A stretch of 51,969 nucleotides of DNA from Eubacterium sp. UBA3720 (GCA_002371335.1 DFHP01000205.1:1-51969); one strand, 5' to 3'; positions 16,741 to 25,906 are shown, numbered from the stretch's first letter. Numbers and translations: made by a program. The notes: generated from the sequence alone by a model not told the origin.

Positions 16741-17607
16741 TTATATGATCAGAAACTCTGTTCCGCCGATCCTCAGGCTGCTTCCGCGTCCGATCGGGAC
16801 CTGCACTTCAGATGCTATGCGCGTATTATTGACAAAAGTACCCGATTCCGTTTCGAAATCATAGATATAAAAATTAATGCCGTTCCATCCTATCTTCGCT
16901 TCTGTCTTTTTATTATCATCATCCTGCTTTTCAACAGGTATCTGACATTTCCCGGGATCGCTTCCGATCATTACCTCTTCATCGGATATGGTATACGAGA
17001 ATACCTCTCCGTTCTCATTTTTCGTCTGAAGAATGATCATACTGTCATCCTGCAGAATATTGCGGTTCATGGTTTCCAAAACCTCGTCCCAGTTTCCGAA
17101 GGACTTCACCTCCTGAAATACCACCCTTCGCCGAAGCAGTTCTCCGTCGTTGATATCTTTTTCGGAATTTTTGGACATTTCTCCCGCTGATTCCGTTCCC
17201 TTGAGCAATCCCTCTATCAGGGCGTATACCCGCTTCTTATAAATATTGTCGGTATCTCCGTCTTTCTCTCTGTATACGGGAAGATATATCAGGCGTATAT
17301 TCTTTTTTTCATCCACATAGATGCTGTCCAGATCCCATATCACATTTTCCTTTGCGATCTCGGGATACTTTTCCAGTTCTTTCACTACAGAAAGAAATCT
17401 CTTTATGACTTCACAGATCTCATCCAGCGTATAAGCTTTCCTGACAGACCCCAGAGAATAAAATCCCTCATTAAAAAAGAACAGTTTTTTTCTGTCATTA
17501 TAGCGTATCCATTTACACGGAAAGAAAAAGCGCTCACCTTTGCCTTTCAGGAAGCTGACCATATCATGATCAATCATTTCCTCTCCGTCCAGAAGAAACT
17601 CACGCAT
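16741..17607 (-). CDS. Hypothetical protein with an uncharacterised N-terminal domain and a C-terminal degenerate FHA domain
   Basis: C-terminal VMIGSDPGKCQIPV ... DFETESGTFVNNTRI ... LRIGGTEFLII follows the FHA beta-sandwich pattern. Start moved to ATG 17607 (RBS GAGGTGG 5 nt upstream), because the track ATG at 17643 lies inside the ftsZ terminator hairpin. Confidence 0.8.
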   Translation of the reverse strand: MREFLLDGEEMIDHDMVSFLKGKGERFFFPCKWIRYNDRKKLFFFNEGFYSLGSVRKAYTLDEICEVIKRFLSVVKELEKYPEIAKENVIWDLDSIYVDEKKNIRLIYLPVYREKDGDTDNIYKKRVYALIEGLLKGTESAGEMSKNSEKDINDGELLRRRVVFQEVKSFGNWDEVLETMNRNILQDDSMIILQTKNENGEVFSYTISDEEVMIGSDPGKCQIPVEKQDDDNKKTEAKIGWNGINFYIYDFETESGTFVNNTRIASEVQVPIGRGSSLRIGGTEFLII

Positions 17608-17630
17608 AAAACCACCTCTTCGCTTTGTTT

Positions 17631-17660
17631 CTAAAAAAGGCATACCAAAGGTATGCCTTT
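17631..17660 (-). terminator. Intrinsic terminator after ftsZ
   Basis: Minus strand: AAAGGCATACC-TTT-GGTATGCCTTT followed by TTTTAG, 42 nt after the ftsZ stop and about 25 nt before the next start codon. Confidence 0.75.
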
Positions 17661-17701
17661 CCTAAATCATATTTGCCTGTATATTCGTTCAGAACGCAAG
17701 C

Positions 17702-18835
17702 TTAATTTCTGTTCTTCAGAAAATCCGGGATCTGGATATCTCTCTTTTCCACAGTGCTTCTGGGATGTCTCGGAGCGGAAGCTGCCGGAATAGGGCGCGG
17801 TGCCTTATAAGCAGATGCAGGACCTGCTTTCTTTTTCTCCTCGGCGTTTTTCTTGCTCTCTGCTACATTCGCCTCTCTGGCTGTAGCGTCATCAAGACCC
17901 GTGGCAATGACTGTGATCTTTGCTGTATCAGATACAGAATCGTCATACATGGCACCAAAGATGATGTTTGCGTCGGCGCCTGCCAGATTCTGGACATAGC
18001 CTGCAGCGTCGCTTGCGTCCATCAGGCTGATATCACCGGAAATATTGATGATTACATGAGACGCGCCCTCGATCGTTGTCTCAAGCAGCGGACTCTGTAC
18101 AGCCTCCTGAACGGCTTCAAGTGCCTTGTCATCGCCTTTGGCCATACCGATTCCGATATGGGCGATTCCTTTATCTTTCATAACTGTCTGCACATCGGCA
18201 AAGTCAAGGTTGATCAGTGCAGGCATATTGATCAGATCGGTAATTCCCTGTACTGACTGCTGAAGCACCTCGTCGGCCTTCTTCAGCGCCTCGGGCATCG
18301 TAGTTCTGCGGTCTACGATCTCCAGAAGCTTGTCATTGGGAATAACGATAAGTGTATCTACGTTCTGTTTCAGTCTGTCGATTCCGGCCAGAGCGTTTGT
18401 CATTCTGGTCCTTGCTTCAAATCGGAAAGGTTTTGTAACGACACCGACTGTCAGGATGCCCATCTCCTTAGCAATACGCGCAACGACAGGAGCAGCTCCT
18501 GTACCTGTTCCGCCGCCCATGCCGCAGGTAACAAACACCATATCCGCGCCTTCCATGAGCTGTTTGATCTCATCTGCGCTCTCTTCCGCAGCTTTTTCTC
18601 CAACCTCAGGTTTCGCTCCGGCACCCAGGCCTTTTGTAATTTTTTCACCGATATTTAAAATCGTAGGCGCTTTGCAAAGTGCCAGAACCTGTTTATCAGT
18701 ATTGATACCCACAAGCTCTACGCCGCCGATGGCCTCGTCGACCATACGATTAACTGCATTGTTTCCCGCGCCGCCGACGCCGATCACGATTATTTTCGCT
18801 GCTGCCTCAGCTTCGTTTGTCATAATTTCTAACAA
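17702..18835 (-). CDS. ftsZ: Cell division GTPase FtsZ (TTG start)
   Basis: [17 protein letters not shown] and [13 protein letters not shown] tubulin signature. C-terminal conserved peptide [14 protein letters not shown] at 18835 lies 7 nt after GGAGG; the first ATG is 19 nt away. Confidence 0.97.
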   Translation of the reverse strand: MLEIMTNEAEAAAKIIVIGVGGAGNNAVNRMVDEAIGGVELVGINTDKQVLALCKAPTILNIGEKITKGLGAGAKPEVGEKAAEESADEIKQLMEGADMVFVTCGMGGGTGTGAAPVVARIAKEMGILTVGVVTKPFRFEARTRMTNALAGIDRLKQNVDTLIVIPNDKLLEIVDRRTTMPEALKKADEVLQQSVQGITDLINMPALINLDFADVQTVMKDKGIAHIGIGMAKGDDKALEAVQEAVQSPLLETTIEGASHVIINISGDISLMDASDAAGYVQNLAGADANIIFGAMYDDSVSDTAKITVIATGLDDATAREANVAESKKNAEEKKKAGPASAYKAPRPIPAASAPRHPRSTVEKRDIQIPDFLKNRN

Positions 18836-19032
18836 AACTCTTCCTCCTTTGTGGCTGCTTCGCCTTATATTCCCCTATATCAACTCGGATCAAGGATAGA
18901 TTTCATATCATATGATGCCCGCAGCATCCTCATTGCGCATGAAGCAGTCATGTTTCGAAAGCTCCATCATTAATGGTATTATGCAAAATAACTCATTCTA
19001 TGCACATACACATCAATATAATATAATTTTCA

Positions 19033-19064
19033 GCAAAAATTATCAACCCCTTTTTGGGGTTTGA
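19033..19064 (-). terminator. Probable terminator after ftsQ
   Basis: Minus strand: CAAACCCC-AAAAA-GGGGTTGA, then TAATTTTTG, immediately after the stop at 19068. Confidence 0.55.
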
Positions 19065-19067
19065 TTT

Positions 19068-20594
19068 TCAGTACCCCTCATAGCCGCTTTCGTCATAGCT
19101 TTCGCTGCCGTAACTGTCATCGTAATTACTTTCCTGCCCTTCGTCATAGCCTTCGCCGCTGCCGTCGTAGCCTTCGTAATCACTGTCGCCGTAGCTGTCA
19201 TAACCGCTGCCGCCGTAGCTGTCATAGCCGCTGCCGTAGCTTTCTTCATCGCGGGAATACGCGTCAGATCCGCTGCTGTCAGATCCGTCCTGCTCTTCTG
19301 AGGTTTCCCCGTCTTTATTCTTATCCTGCGGGATACCATCCTTCCCGGAGGATGTATCTCCGGTCTCTTTCACATCATTTTCAAACACGATATTCTTAGT
19401 GTTTGAATCAAAATTTTCCAGATGAAGTACGCCTGACATTCCTGAAAGCTGAGGCAGGATAGCAGCCGCCCGGGCGATCTTTTCCTCCAGCATGGAATCC
19501 CTTCCCAGCTGTACCCTGATGTTTCCGAAATAAAGGGTCATTCCGCCGTCTTCATCAATATCCACCACTTCCGGATGGATTTCCTGTTTATCCAGCAGTT
19601 TATTCAGCGTCAGTATCGTCTGAAAAACACTTCCGTCCACGGATGTGATCGTAGCGTTAAGGGTGATGCCGTCCGTATCTATACCTCTGATCTCGGGAAG
19701 ATTCGAGATCGCCGCTTCATAGAGATCGTTTCCGCTGCCGCCGGAAGTCTTTCCCGATGTCTTTTTCTTTTCCTCATCTCCGGAGGTGCTTTTCGAAGAT
19801 GTATTCTCTGATTTTTCAGCACTGCCTGTTCCGCTGCTTCCGGAGACATCCGAAGCATCATCCGTAACGCCCGGGGCATCTGCTGATTCAGTGCTCTTGC
19901 CCGATACTGTCCCGGAAGCATCCGAAACTCCGGCAGACTCTGTATCCGTACCTGATGCGGCTCCGGAACCTTCTGCTGCGCCTGCTGACTCTGTGCCCTC
20001 GCCTGATGCCGCTTCGGAACCTTCTGCTGCGCCTGCTGACTCTGTGTCCTCGCCTGATGCGGTCGAAGCCTTTCCAGTTCTCTGGGCATTGCTTTCGGAT
20101 GACTGCTGTGCGCTCAGTTCAGATTTTCCGGCTTCTCCGCCTGTCTGCTGCGCCGCGGACGCATTGTCGGAGGATTTCTGCTTCACGTCATCCTCCCCGG
20201 CAATCTCGCTGAGAATATACCCTTTTTTGTCCACGTAATAGTGGCTGCCTTTAACGTCAAAATATCCAACCGGCGTGTTTTCATTCACATTAAGCCGGAT
20301 CGTATTGCGGTCAATGTATTCCACCTCTATGTAATCGATAAAATCACTGTCCGGTCTGATCACCTTATTGTATCTGGACATGAGCAGCGAGTTAAACGAC
20401 ATGGTGTTTTCCCGGCACATTTCTGTAATCTGCTTTTTCGTAAACAGAGTATTGCCGACGACCTCTATGTCCGTCACATAGAAAATGCCCGCAAAAATAC
20501 CTGTGCCAAACAAAACCGCCAGCAGGACTGTTACGATCATCAGGAATATTCTTCTGTATTTTCTTGTCCGTCTTCTTCTTTTTCTTTTCGCCAT
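19068..20594 (-). CDS. ftsQ: FtsQ/DivIB-type cell division protein with a large disordered insertion and an acidic Tyr-rich tail
   Basis: Basic N-terminus plus TM helix. POTRA-like DIEVVGNTLFTKKQI...IEVEYIDRNTIRLNVNE. FtsQ-like beta domain from about aa 290 to 405. Sits between murD and ftsZ. Low-complexity regions at aa 134-289 and 408-508. Confidence 0.8.
   Translation of the reverse strand: MAKRKRRRRTRKYRRIFLMIVTVLLAVLFGTGIFAGIFYVTDIEVVGNTLFTKKQITEMCRENTMSFNSLLMSRYNKVIRPDSDFIDYIEVEYIDRNTIRLNVNENTPVGYFDVKGSHYYVDKKGYILSEIAGEDDVKQKSSDNASAAQQTGGEAGKSELSAQQSSESNAQRTGKASTASGEDTESAGAAEGSEAASGEGTESAGAAEGSGAASGTDTESAGVSDASGTVSGKSTESADAPGVTDDASDVSGSSGTGSAEKSENTSSKSTSGDEEKKKTSGKTSGGSGNDLYEAAISNLPEIRGIDTDGITLNATITSVDGSVFQTILTLNKLLDKQEIHPEVVDIDEDGGMTLYFGNIRVQLGRDSMLEEKIARAAAILPQLSGMSGVLHLENFDSNTKNIVFENDVKETGDTSSGKDGIPQDKNKDGETSEEQDGSDSSGSDAYSRDEESYGSGYDSYGGSGYDSYGDSDYEGYDGSGEGYDEGQESNYDDSYGSESYDESGYEGY
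19851..20054 (-). repeat. In-frame tandem 51-nt (17-aa) repeats inside ftsQ
   Basis: Protein repeats GEDTESAGAAEGSEAAS / GEGTESAGAAEGSGAAS / GTDTESAGVSDASGTVS / GKSTESADAPGVTDDAS. The first two units are nearly identical at DNA level. Confidence 0.85.
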
Positions 20595-20612
20595 ATTTTA
20601 TGATCCGGGAGA

Positions 20613-21980
20613 TCACAGTTCGTTTGCAAAAGCTTTAAACATATCTCCCCGCTGCTCGTAGTTGTCGAACTGGCCCCAGCTTGCGCATGCGGGAGATAAC
20701 AGGACTGCATCTCCGGGAACTGCTTTTCCCGCGCATACGCCGACTGCCTCCTTCAGGTCCTCACAGAAGATGATCCTCTCCTCCGGAAAACCGCAGGAAA
20801 CGGCACAATCCGCAATCTTCTGCTTCGTCTGGCCGATCAGCACGAGATACTTCACCTTCCCGTCGAAGCTGTTGATCCATTCGTCATAAGTGGATTGTTT
20901 ATCATAACCTCCGCCGATCAGGAGCGTCGGTCTGTTCATTGCCTGAATGCCCTTGATCGCCGCATCCGGATTAGTTCCTTTTGAATCGTTGTAATACTGA
21001 ACCCCGTTCTTTTCCGTTACATATTCGATACGGTGCTCTACACCGGAAAAATTCTTTATCGTATCTCTGATCTTTTCGATGGGTACTCCGGCAAAATCCG
21101 CCATTGCGGCAGCTGTCATCACATTTTCATAGTTATGGAGACCCAGCAGCTTCATCTCCCCTGTTTTTATAAGCGGCCGGATATTCTGTCCGTCAGACAT
21201 ACAGATCCGGTCCCCGTCAAGGTAGATTCCCTTGTCCAAAACACGCCGGCTGGAAAAGAACAGAACATTCGTTTTTTGTTCCAGTGACACGCCGAATTCT
21301 CTAAGGACCTCATCCTCGTAATTCAGGACGCAGAGGTCGTCCATATCCTGATTCTCTGTGATCAGCTCCTTTACACGGATATACTCCTCCATAGTATGAT
21401 GCCGGTTCAGATGATCCGGCGTAATGTTTGTGATCGCGCTTGCCGCAGGATGAAAACTCTCTATCGTCTCCAGCTGAAAGCTGCTGATCTCTGCAACGGT
21501 AACAGCCTCATCGGTCTGCTCTGCCGCTGCGTCTGTATAAGGAAAGCCTATATTGCCGACCACATATACCTCAGGAAAATGGCTTTTCATGATTTCACCC
21601 AGAAGAGCCGTAGTCGTAGTCTTTCCGTTTGTTCCGGTGATAGCGAGGACTTTGCCCTTTCCCACCTGATAGGCGAGCTCTATCTCACTCCAGAGCGCTA
21701 TGTTTTTTTCTTTGATCCTAAGGACCAGAGGAAGGTCACAGGGAACGCCCGGACTGATCACCATGATCTCGATCTCGTCCAGAACGCTCTCGGGCAATTC
21801 ACCTATAATGATCTCCACATTCTGACCGCCGCTGATACGGCTGCGGATCTCTTCCGCATCCCGCTCCGTGTTCTGGTCAAATAATATAGGTCTGGCGCCC
21901 TTCTTAAGCAAAAGCTCTGTCGCACCAATTCCGCTTTTTCCCGCACCAAATACAAGGAACTTTTTCCCCTCAAACTGCAT
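20613..21980 (-). CDS. murD: UDP-N-acetylmuramoyl-L-alanine--D-glutamate ligase
   Basis: 455 aa. FGAGKSGIG N-terminal Rossmann motif and the Mur ligase P-loop ITGTNGKTTT. Confidence 0.95.
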   Translation of the reverse strand: MQFEGKKFLVFGAGKSGIGATELLLKKGARPILFDQNTERDAEEIRSRISGGQNVEIIIGELPESVLDEIEIMVISPGVPCDLPLVLRIKEKNIALWSEIELAYQVGKGKVLAITGTNGKTTTTALLGEIMKSHFPEVYVVGNIGFPYTDAAAEQTDEAVTVAEISSFQLETIESFHPAASAITNITPDHLNRHHTMEEYIRVKELITENQDMDDLCVLNYEDEVLREFGVSLEQKTNVLFFSSRRVLDKGIYLDGDRICMSDGQNIRPLIKTGEMKLLGLHNYENVMTAAAMADFAGVPIEKIRDTIKNFSGVEHRIEYVTEKNGVQYYNDSKGTNPDAAIKGIQAMNRPTLLIGGGYDKQSTYDEWINSFDGKVKYLVLIGQTKQKIADCAVSCGFPEERIIFCEDLKEAVGVCAGKAVPGDAVLLSPACASWGQFDNYEQRGDMFKAFANEL

Positions 21981-22046
21981 TTTTTTCCCTCCGGTTTCAG
22001 TCAGTATTATTATTTCTTCAAAAAATACGTTTCCGATTCAGATCTT

Positions 22047-23003
22047 TTATACGAGATTGATCATCGCCAGAAGACATGTCAGCATGGTTATGATCGTAAA
22101 GATCGTCACTACCCTGGTCTCAGACCATCCTGAAATTTCGAAATGATGATGGATCGGCGCCATCTTGAACAGACGCTTTCCGTGTGTTTTTTTGAAATAG
22201 GATACCTGAAGCACTACAGACAAAAGCTCGATCGTATATATGAATCCGATCACAGGAATATACAACGGCATCTGCAGCACGTAAGCCGTACCTGCCACAA
22301 AACCTCCCAGCGCAAGAGAGCCCGTGTCTCCCATAAAGATCTTCGCCGGATTCGCATTATAGAGAAGGAATGCGAGAAGCGCTCCTATCACTGCGCCCGC
22401 CGCAGGTTCAACCTCCCCTTTTATTACCATGGAAATGATGATGAACGCCATGGAAACAACCACTGTAACACTTGCTGCCAGCCCGTCCACGCCGTCTGTG
22501 AAATTAACGCCGTTTACGGTTGCCAGGACTACTATGAAAAGAAACGGCACTGCTATAATACCGATATCAACCGCCTCGCCTCCCGTAAACGGAATGATCA
22601 TCGCCATACTGATCCCCGCATGGCGGAGCGAAATATAAAACAGAACCGTCACTACAAACTGTCCCAGCAGCTTCTGCCAGGGCATAAGTCCGTCCGATCT
22701 TCTCAGTACCACCTTGAGAAAATCATCCAGGAAGCCGATCACACAGAAACCCGCCGTCAGGATCAGGACCGGAATGATCTTCGGGTATCTTCCCACATAG
22801 ATAAGGCTTGTTATCATGATGCCTATGATGATCATAATGCCGCCCATCGTAGGCGTACCGGCTTTTTTAAGATGTGACTGAACGCCATCCTCCCTTTCGG
22901 TCTGCGCGGCTTTCAGTTTTCTCATGACACGCAGAACAAAATATCCTGAAACAGCTGTAACCGCAAATGAAATTAAAATTGAAAAAATGATTGTCAGATC
23001 CAT
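22047..23003 (-). CDS. mraY: Phospho-N-acetylmuramoyl-pentapeptide transferase
   Basis: 318 aa polytopic protein. KAGTPTMGG, NFTDGVDGLA and PIHHHFE motifs. Confidence 0.97.
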   Translation of the reverse strand: MDLTIIFSILISFAVTAVSGYFVLRVMRKLKAAQTEREDGVQSHLKKAGTPTMGGIMIIIGIMITSLIYVGRYPKIIPVLILTAGFCVIGFLDDFLKVVLRRSDGLMPWQKLLGQFVVTVLFYISLRHAGISMAMIIPFTGGEAVDIGIIAVPFLFIVVLATVNGVNFTDGVDGLAASVTVVVSMAFIIISMVIKGEVEPAAGAVIGALLAFLLYNANPAKIFMGDTGSLALGGFVAGTAYVLQMPLYIPVIGFIYTIELLSVVLQVSYFKKTHGKRLFKMAPIHHHFEISGWSETRVVTIFTIITMLTCLLAMINLV

Positions 23004-23210
23004 CGTTATTTCCCGAACACGGGATTCCTTTCATATTTTTCCGGTAATCTCGCAGCGCTTTCCGGTCGGGAAAGCGTTCGCCCCTTTCAAAAGGCTTCCG
23101 CTCAAAAACTTTTCTGCATTCAATTCATCCGCGCTTCGCAATTACCTGCTTTTATATCCATAAATACTATAAATACTATATGATAAAACTCCCCACTTCA
23201 TATCCGCTGG

Positions 23211-25391
23211 TCAGTTGTTATCATAATCTTCTTCTCCGCTCTCATCAGCGGCATACTCCCCGCCGCTCTCATCGGAGACATCCTCTCCGCCGCCATACTC
23301 TTCATCTTCGCCGCCGCCCGAAGAGCCGGACTCATTGTCCTGTACACCGTCCGAAGCAGTCTCCTCATCCGGCGTTCCTGCTTCAGGATCACTCTGCGTA
23401 GCCGTATCTTCTGCATTTCCTTCTTCATTTCCCGTGAGAGCTTCATCCGGGAACATGTTCATATACGGAAGCAGTTCAGTCATGATCTTTCTGGAGATCG
23501 TAATGGCGTAGGCACTGGTATCCTGCTTTTCTGCGTGCGGCTGGTCAACGACCACATAGACCATGACCTGCGGATTCTCCAGAGGCGCAAATCCCAGGAA
23601 CGAAACCAGATAGTTTTCATCCTCTCTGGGAAGCTTCTGAGCCGTACCTGTCTTTCCACCCATGCTGTAGCCGTCTATTTTCGCACTGTGGCCGGTACCT
23701 GTAACGTCCTCGACCACCATTCCCATGGCTTCTCTCAGATAGTCGCTGATCACCTGGCTGACGACTCTTCTCTCCACCGTACTGTCTGTCTTTGTAATTA
23801 CCGTTCCCTCACTGTCAGTGATCTCGCTGACCACATGAGGCGTATAATAGGTGCCTCCGTTTATGATCGCACAGACCGCGGCGGCCTCCTGCATCATCGT
23901 ACAGGTAAATCCCTGACCGAAGGATGACGTAGCCAGCTCAACTTCTCCCATGGTATTTTCGTCAAACACCATACCGGATACTTCGCCGGGCAGATCTATC
24001 CCTGTCTTTTTTCCGAATTTAAACAGATCCTGATATTTGATCAGGTTCGTTCCTCCCATTTTGGCCGCCACCTGCATCAGAACGTCGTTGCAGGAATATT
24101 TTATAGCTTCCGCCAGGGTCTCATCCCCATGGCCGGCCACACATCCGATATATCTGTCCGCCACCTGCTCGTATCCATCGCAGTTAAAGATCTCGCTGCC
24201 TGTTACGCTTCCAGTTTCCAGAGCGGCCGCGGCAGTTATCGCTTTTACAGTGGATCCCGGCTCAAAGGCCTCCGTGACACAGTAATTCCGCCAAAGCTGA
24301 TTCCATATGGCCATTTTCTCGGTATCCGTCATGTTTGCGGTTTCCGTTTCCGAATAGTACGCGCTGATATCTCTGGGTTCATTCAGATCATACCATTCAG
24401 TAGAATCCATCCCCAGGATCTCTCCGTTGTTAGGATCCATAACGATCACGGCAATGTTCTCAGCCCCCTTCGGAGTCTGCGCGCTGCCGGACACCTCAAT
24501 GCCCTGCTGCACGGCGATCTCTTCATTAAAGGAAATGATCGCCTCCCGTATGATCTGCTGGATATTGACATCGATCGTAGAGATCACGTTATTCCCGTCC
24601 TTCGCGTCCACGATCGACTGGACCACATACGAATCTTCGTTATTCTCCGTATCATAGTATCCGTACTGGCGCCCGTCCGTGCCGTTCAGGACATCTGAAT
24701 AATATCCTTCAATGCCCATCTCAGCCTCGTTGGCCGTATACGTGAATCCGATGGTGTCGCACGCAAGTGATCCAAGAGGATAACTTCTCTTATAATCATC
24801 CTCGAACCAGACGCCTTTGATCCGGCTTCTCTGCTCCTTCGCTTCCCCGGAAAGCTCCTGGTTCGCTTCACTGTCAATATCTGTATACTCTTCAAACGCC
24901 TTTTTATCCGAGATAGATACTCCATCCTTCAGGATGTAATATCTTCTGTCTTTGGTATCTTCTCCATCAAGTACACCGCGAATATCGTCCGTTGGGATGT
25001 CAAAGATATCGTGAAGCGCATTGACTGTCGCTTCATAATAGGGCTTTGATTTCGTTCCTTCCCCGCTGTCCCGCTCATAATTCACCACCTGACAGTCAAG
25101 GATCAGATTATAGACCTTCTCACTGGTAGCCAGGATCGTACCGTTCCGGTCCAGAATATCTCCGCGACGGTATGGTATCGTACGGCTTTCCATTCTCTGC
25201 TGCGCCTGACTGAGAACGATCCTGGAATACTGTTCTCCGTCAGTAAAATTAATATATGTGATCCTGATTGCCAATAAGACTAAAGCCAGTATGACTAACG
25301 CAAACAGTCCTACCAGCTTTTTACTCATACCGACACCGATCTTCCGGCTTCGCCTGGCAATCGGATGCCTGCTATCTCTATTAATCTTCAA
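23211..25391 (-). CDS. Class B penicillin-binding protein (FtsI/PBP2-type transpeptidase) with an acidic C-terminal tail
   Basis: N-terminal TM anchor. Transpeptidase motifs STVK (EPGSTVKAIT), SCN (YSCND) and KTGT (GGKTGTAQ). About 80 aa of D/E/G/S/Y-rich C-terminus. Confidence 0.9.
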   Translation of the reverse strand: MKINRDSRHPIARRSRKIGVGMSKKLVGLFALVILALVLLAIRITYINFTDGEQYSRIVLSQAQQRMESRTIPYRRGDILDRNGTILATSEKVYNLILDCQVVNYERDSGEGTKSKPYYEATVNALHDIFDIPTDDIRGVLDGEDTKDRRYYILKDGVSISDKKAFEEYTDIDSEANQELSGEAKEQRSRIKGVWFEDDYKRSYPLGSLACDTIGFTYTANEAEMGIEGYYSDVLNGTDGRQYGYYDTENNEDSYVVQSIVDAKDGNNVISTIDVNIQQIIREAIISFNEEIAVQQGIEVSGSAQTPKGAENIAVIVMDPNNGEILGMDSTEWYDLNEPRDISAYYSETETANMTDTEKMAIWNQLWRNYCVTEAFEPGSTVKAITAAAALETGSVTGSEIFNCDGYEQVADRYIGCVAGHGDETLAEAIKYSCNDVLMQVAAKMGGTNLIKYQDLFKFGKKTGIDLPGEVSGMVFDENTMGEVELATSSFGQGFTCTMMQEAAAVCAIINGGTYYTPHVVSEITDSEGTVITKTDSTVERRVVSQVISDYLREAMGMVVEDVTGTGHSAKIDGYSMGGKTGTAQKLPREDENYLVSFLGFAPLENPQVMVYVVVDQPHAEKQDTSAYAITISRKIMTELLPYMNMFPDEALTGNEEGNAEDTATQSDPEAGTPDEETASDGVQDNESGSSGGGEDEEYGGGEDVSDESGGEYAADESGEEDYDNN

Positions 25392-25411
25392 ATATATTCA
25401 CCTGTCTGACA

Positions 25412-25906
25412 TCACGGCACTTCCGTATACTGACGTACGTAGCCGTCGTCATCCATATCGTAGTATCTGATCTGTGATTCGGAAGCATAATGCAGTCCCA
25501 GATCGCCAAGGGCCGCCCTTTTGATCTCTTCTATCGTAACGGATGCTATCACTTCATTATAATACGCATCATTATCCGCCTTCAGCTGTGAGAGTTCGCT
25601 TTCCATGCCCGCGATCTCAGCAGACTGCTTCGTCAGTCTGGATTTCAGCTGCAGATAATTAATACAGGAAAAAACGGTCAGTGATAATGCGATCGCAAGC
25701 ACCACAATAAAACCGGCTCCAGCATTTTTTCTTCTTCCGGATCTTCGTTCAGATTTTTTTCTCTTTACTGATTTTTGTTCTTTTCTTCGGGGCTGTCTTT
25801 CTTCAGGATCGTAAGCGGCTCTTCTCACCGCATTTCCGTCTTCGTAGGAATTTCTGATATGAGCACGTTCCGATCTTGAATTTACCCTTCTGTTTCTGTT
25901 TGCCAT
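25412..25906 (-). CDS. ftsL: FtsL-like septum formation protein
   Basis: Basic N-terminal region, a single TM helix (FIVVLAIALSLTVFSCI), then a coiled-coil-like segment. Sits between rsmH and pbp. Confidence 0.7.
   Translation of the reverse strand: MANRNRRVNSRSERAHIRNSYEDGNAVRRAAYDPEERQPRRKEQKSVKRKKSERRSGRRKNAGAGFIVVLAIALSLTVFSCINYLQLKSRLTKQSAEIAGMESELSQLKADNDAYYNEVIASVTIEEIKRAALGDLGLHYASESQIRYYDMDDDGYVRQYTEVP

Noticed and set aside
19043-20238. Alternative-frame ORFs within ftsQ (for example 19679..20089, 19786..20238, 19955..20212, 19043..19339, 19061..19399).
   Set aside because: They arise from the low-complexity, repeat-rich coding DNA, which stays open in several frames. Only the 508-aa frame has a TM anchor, a POTRA-like segment and the correct genomic context.
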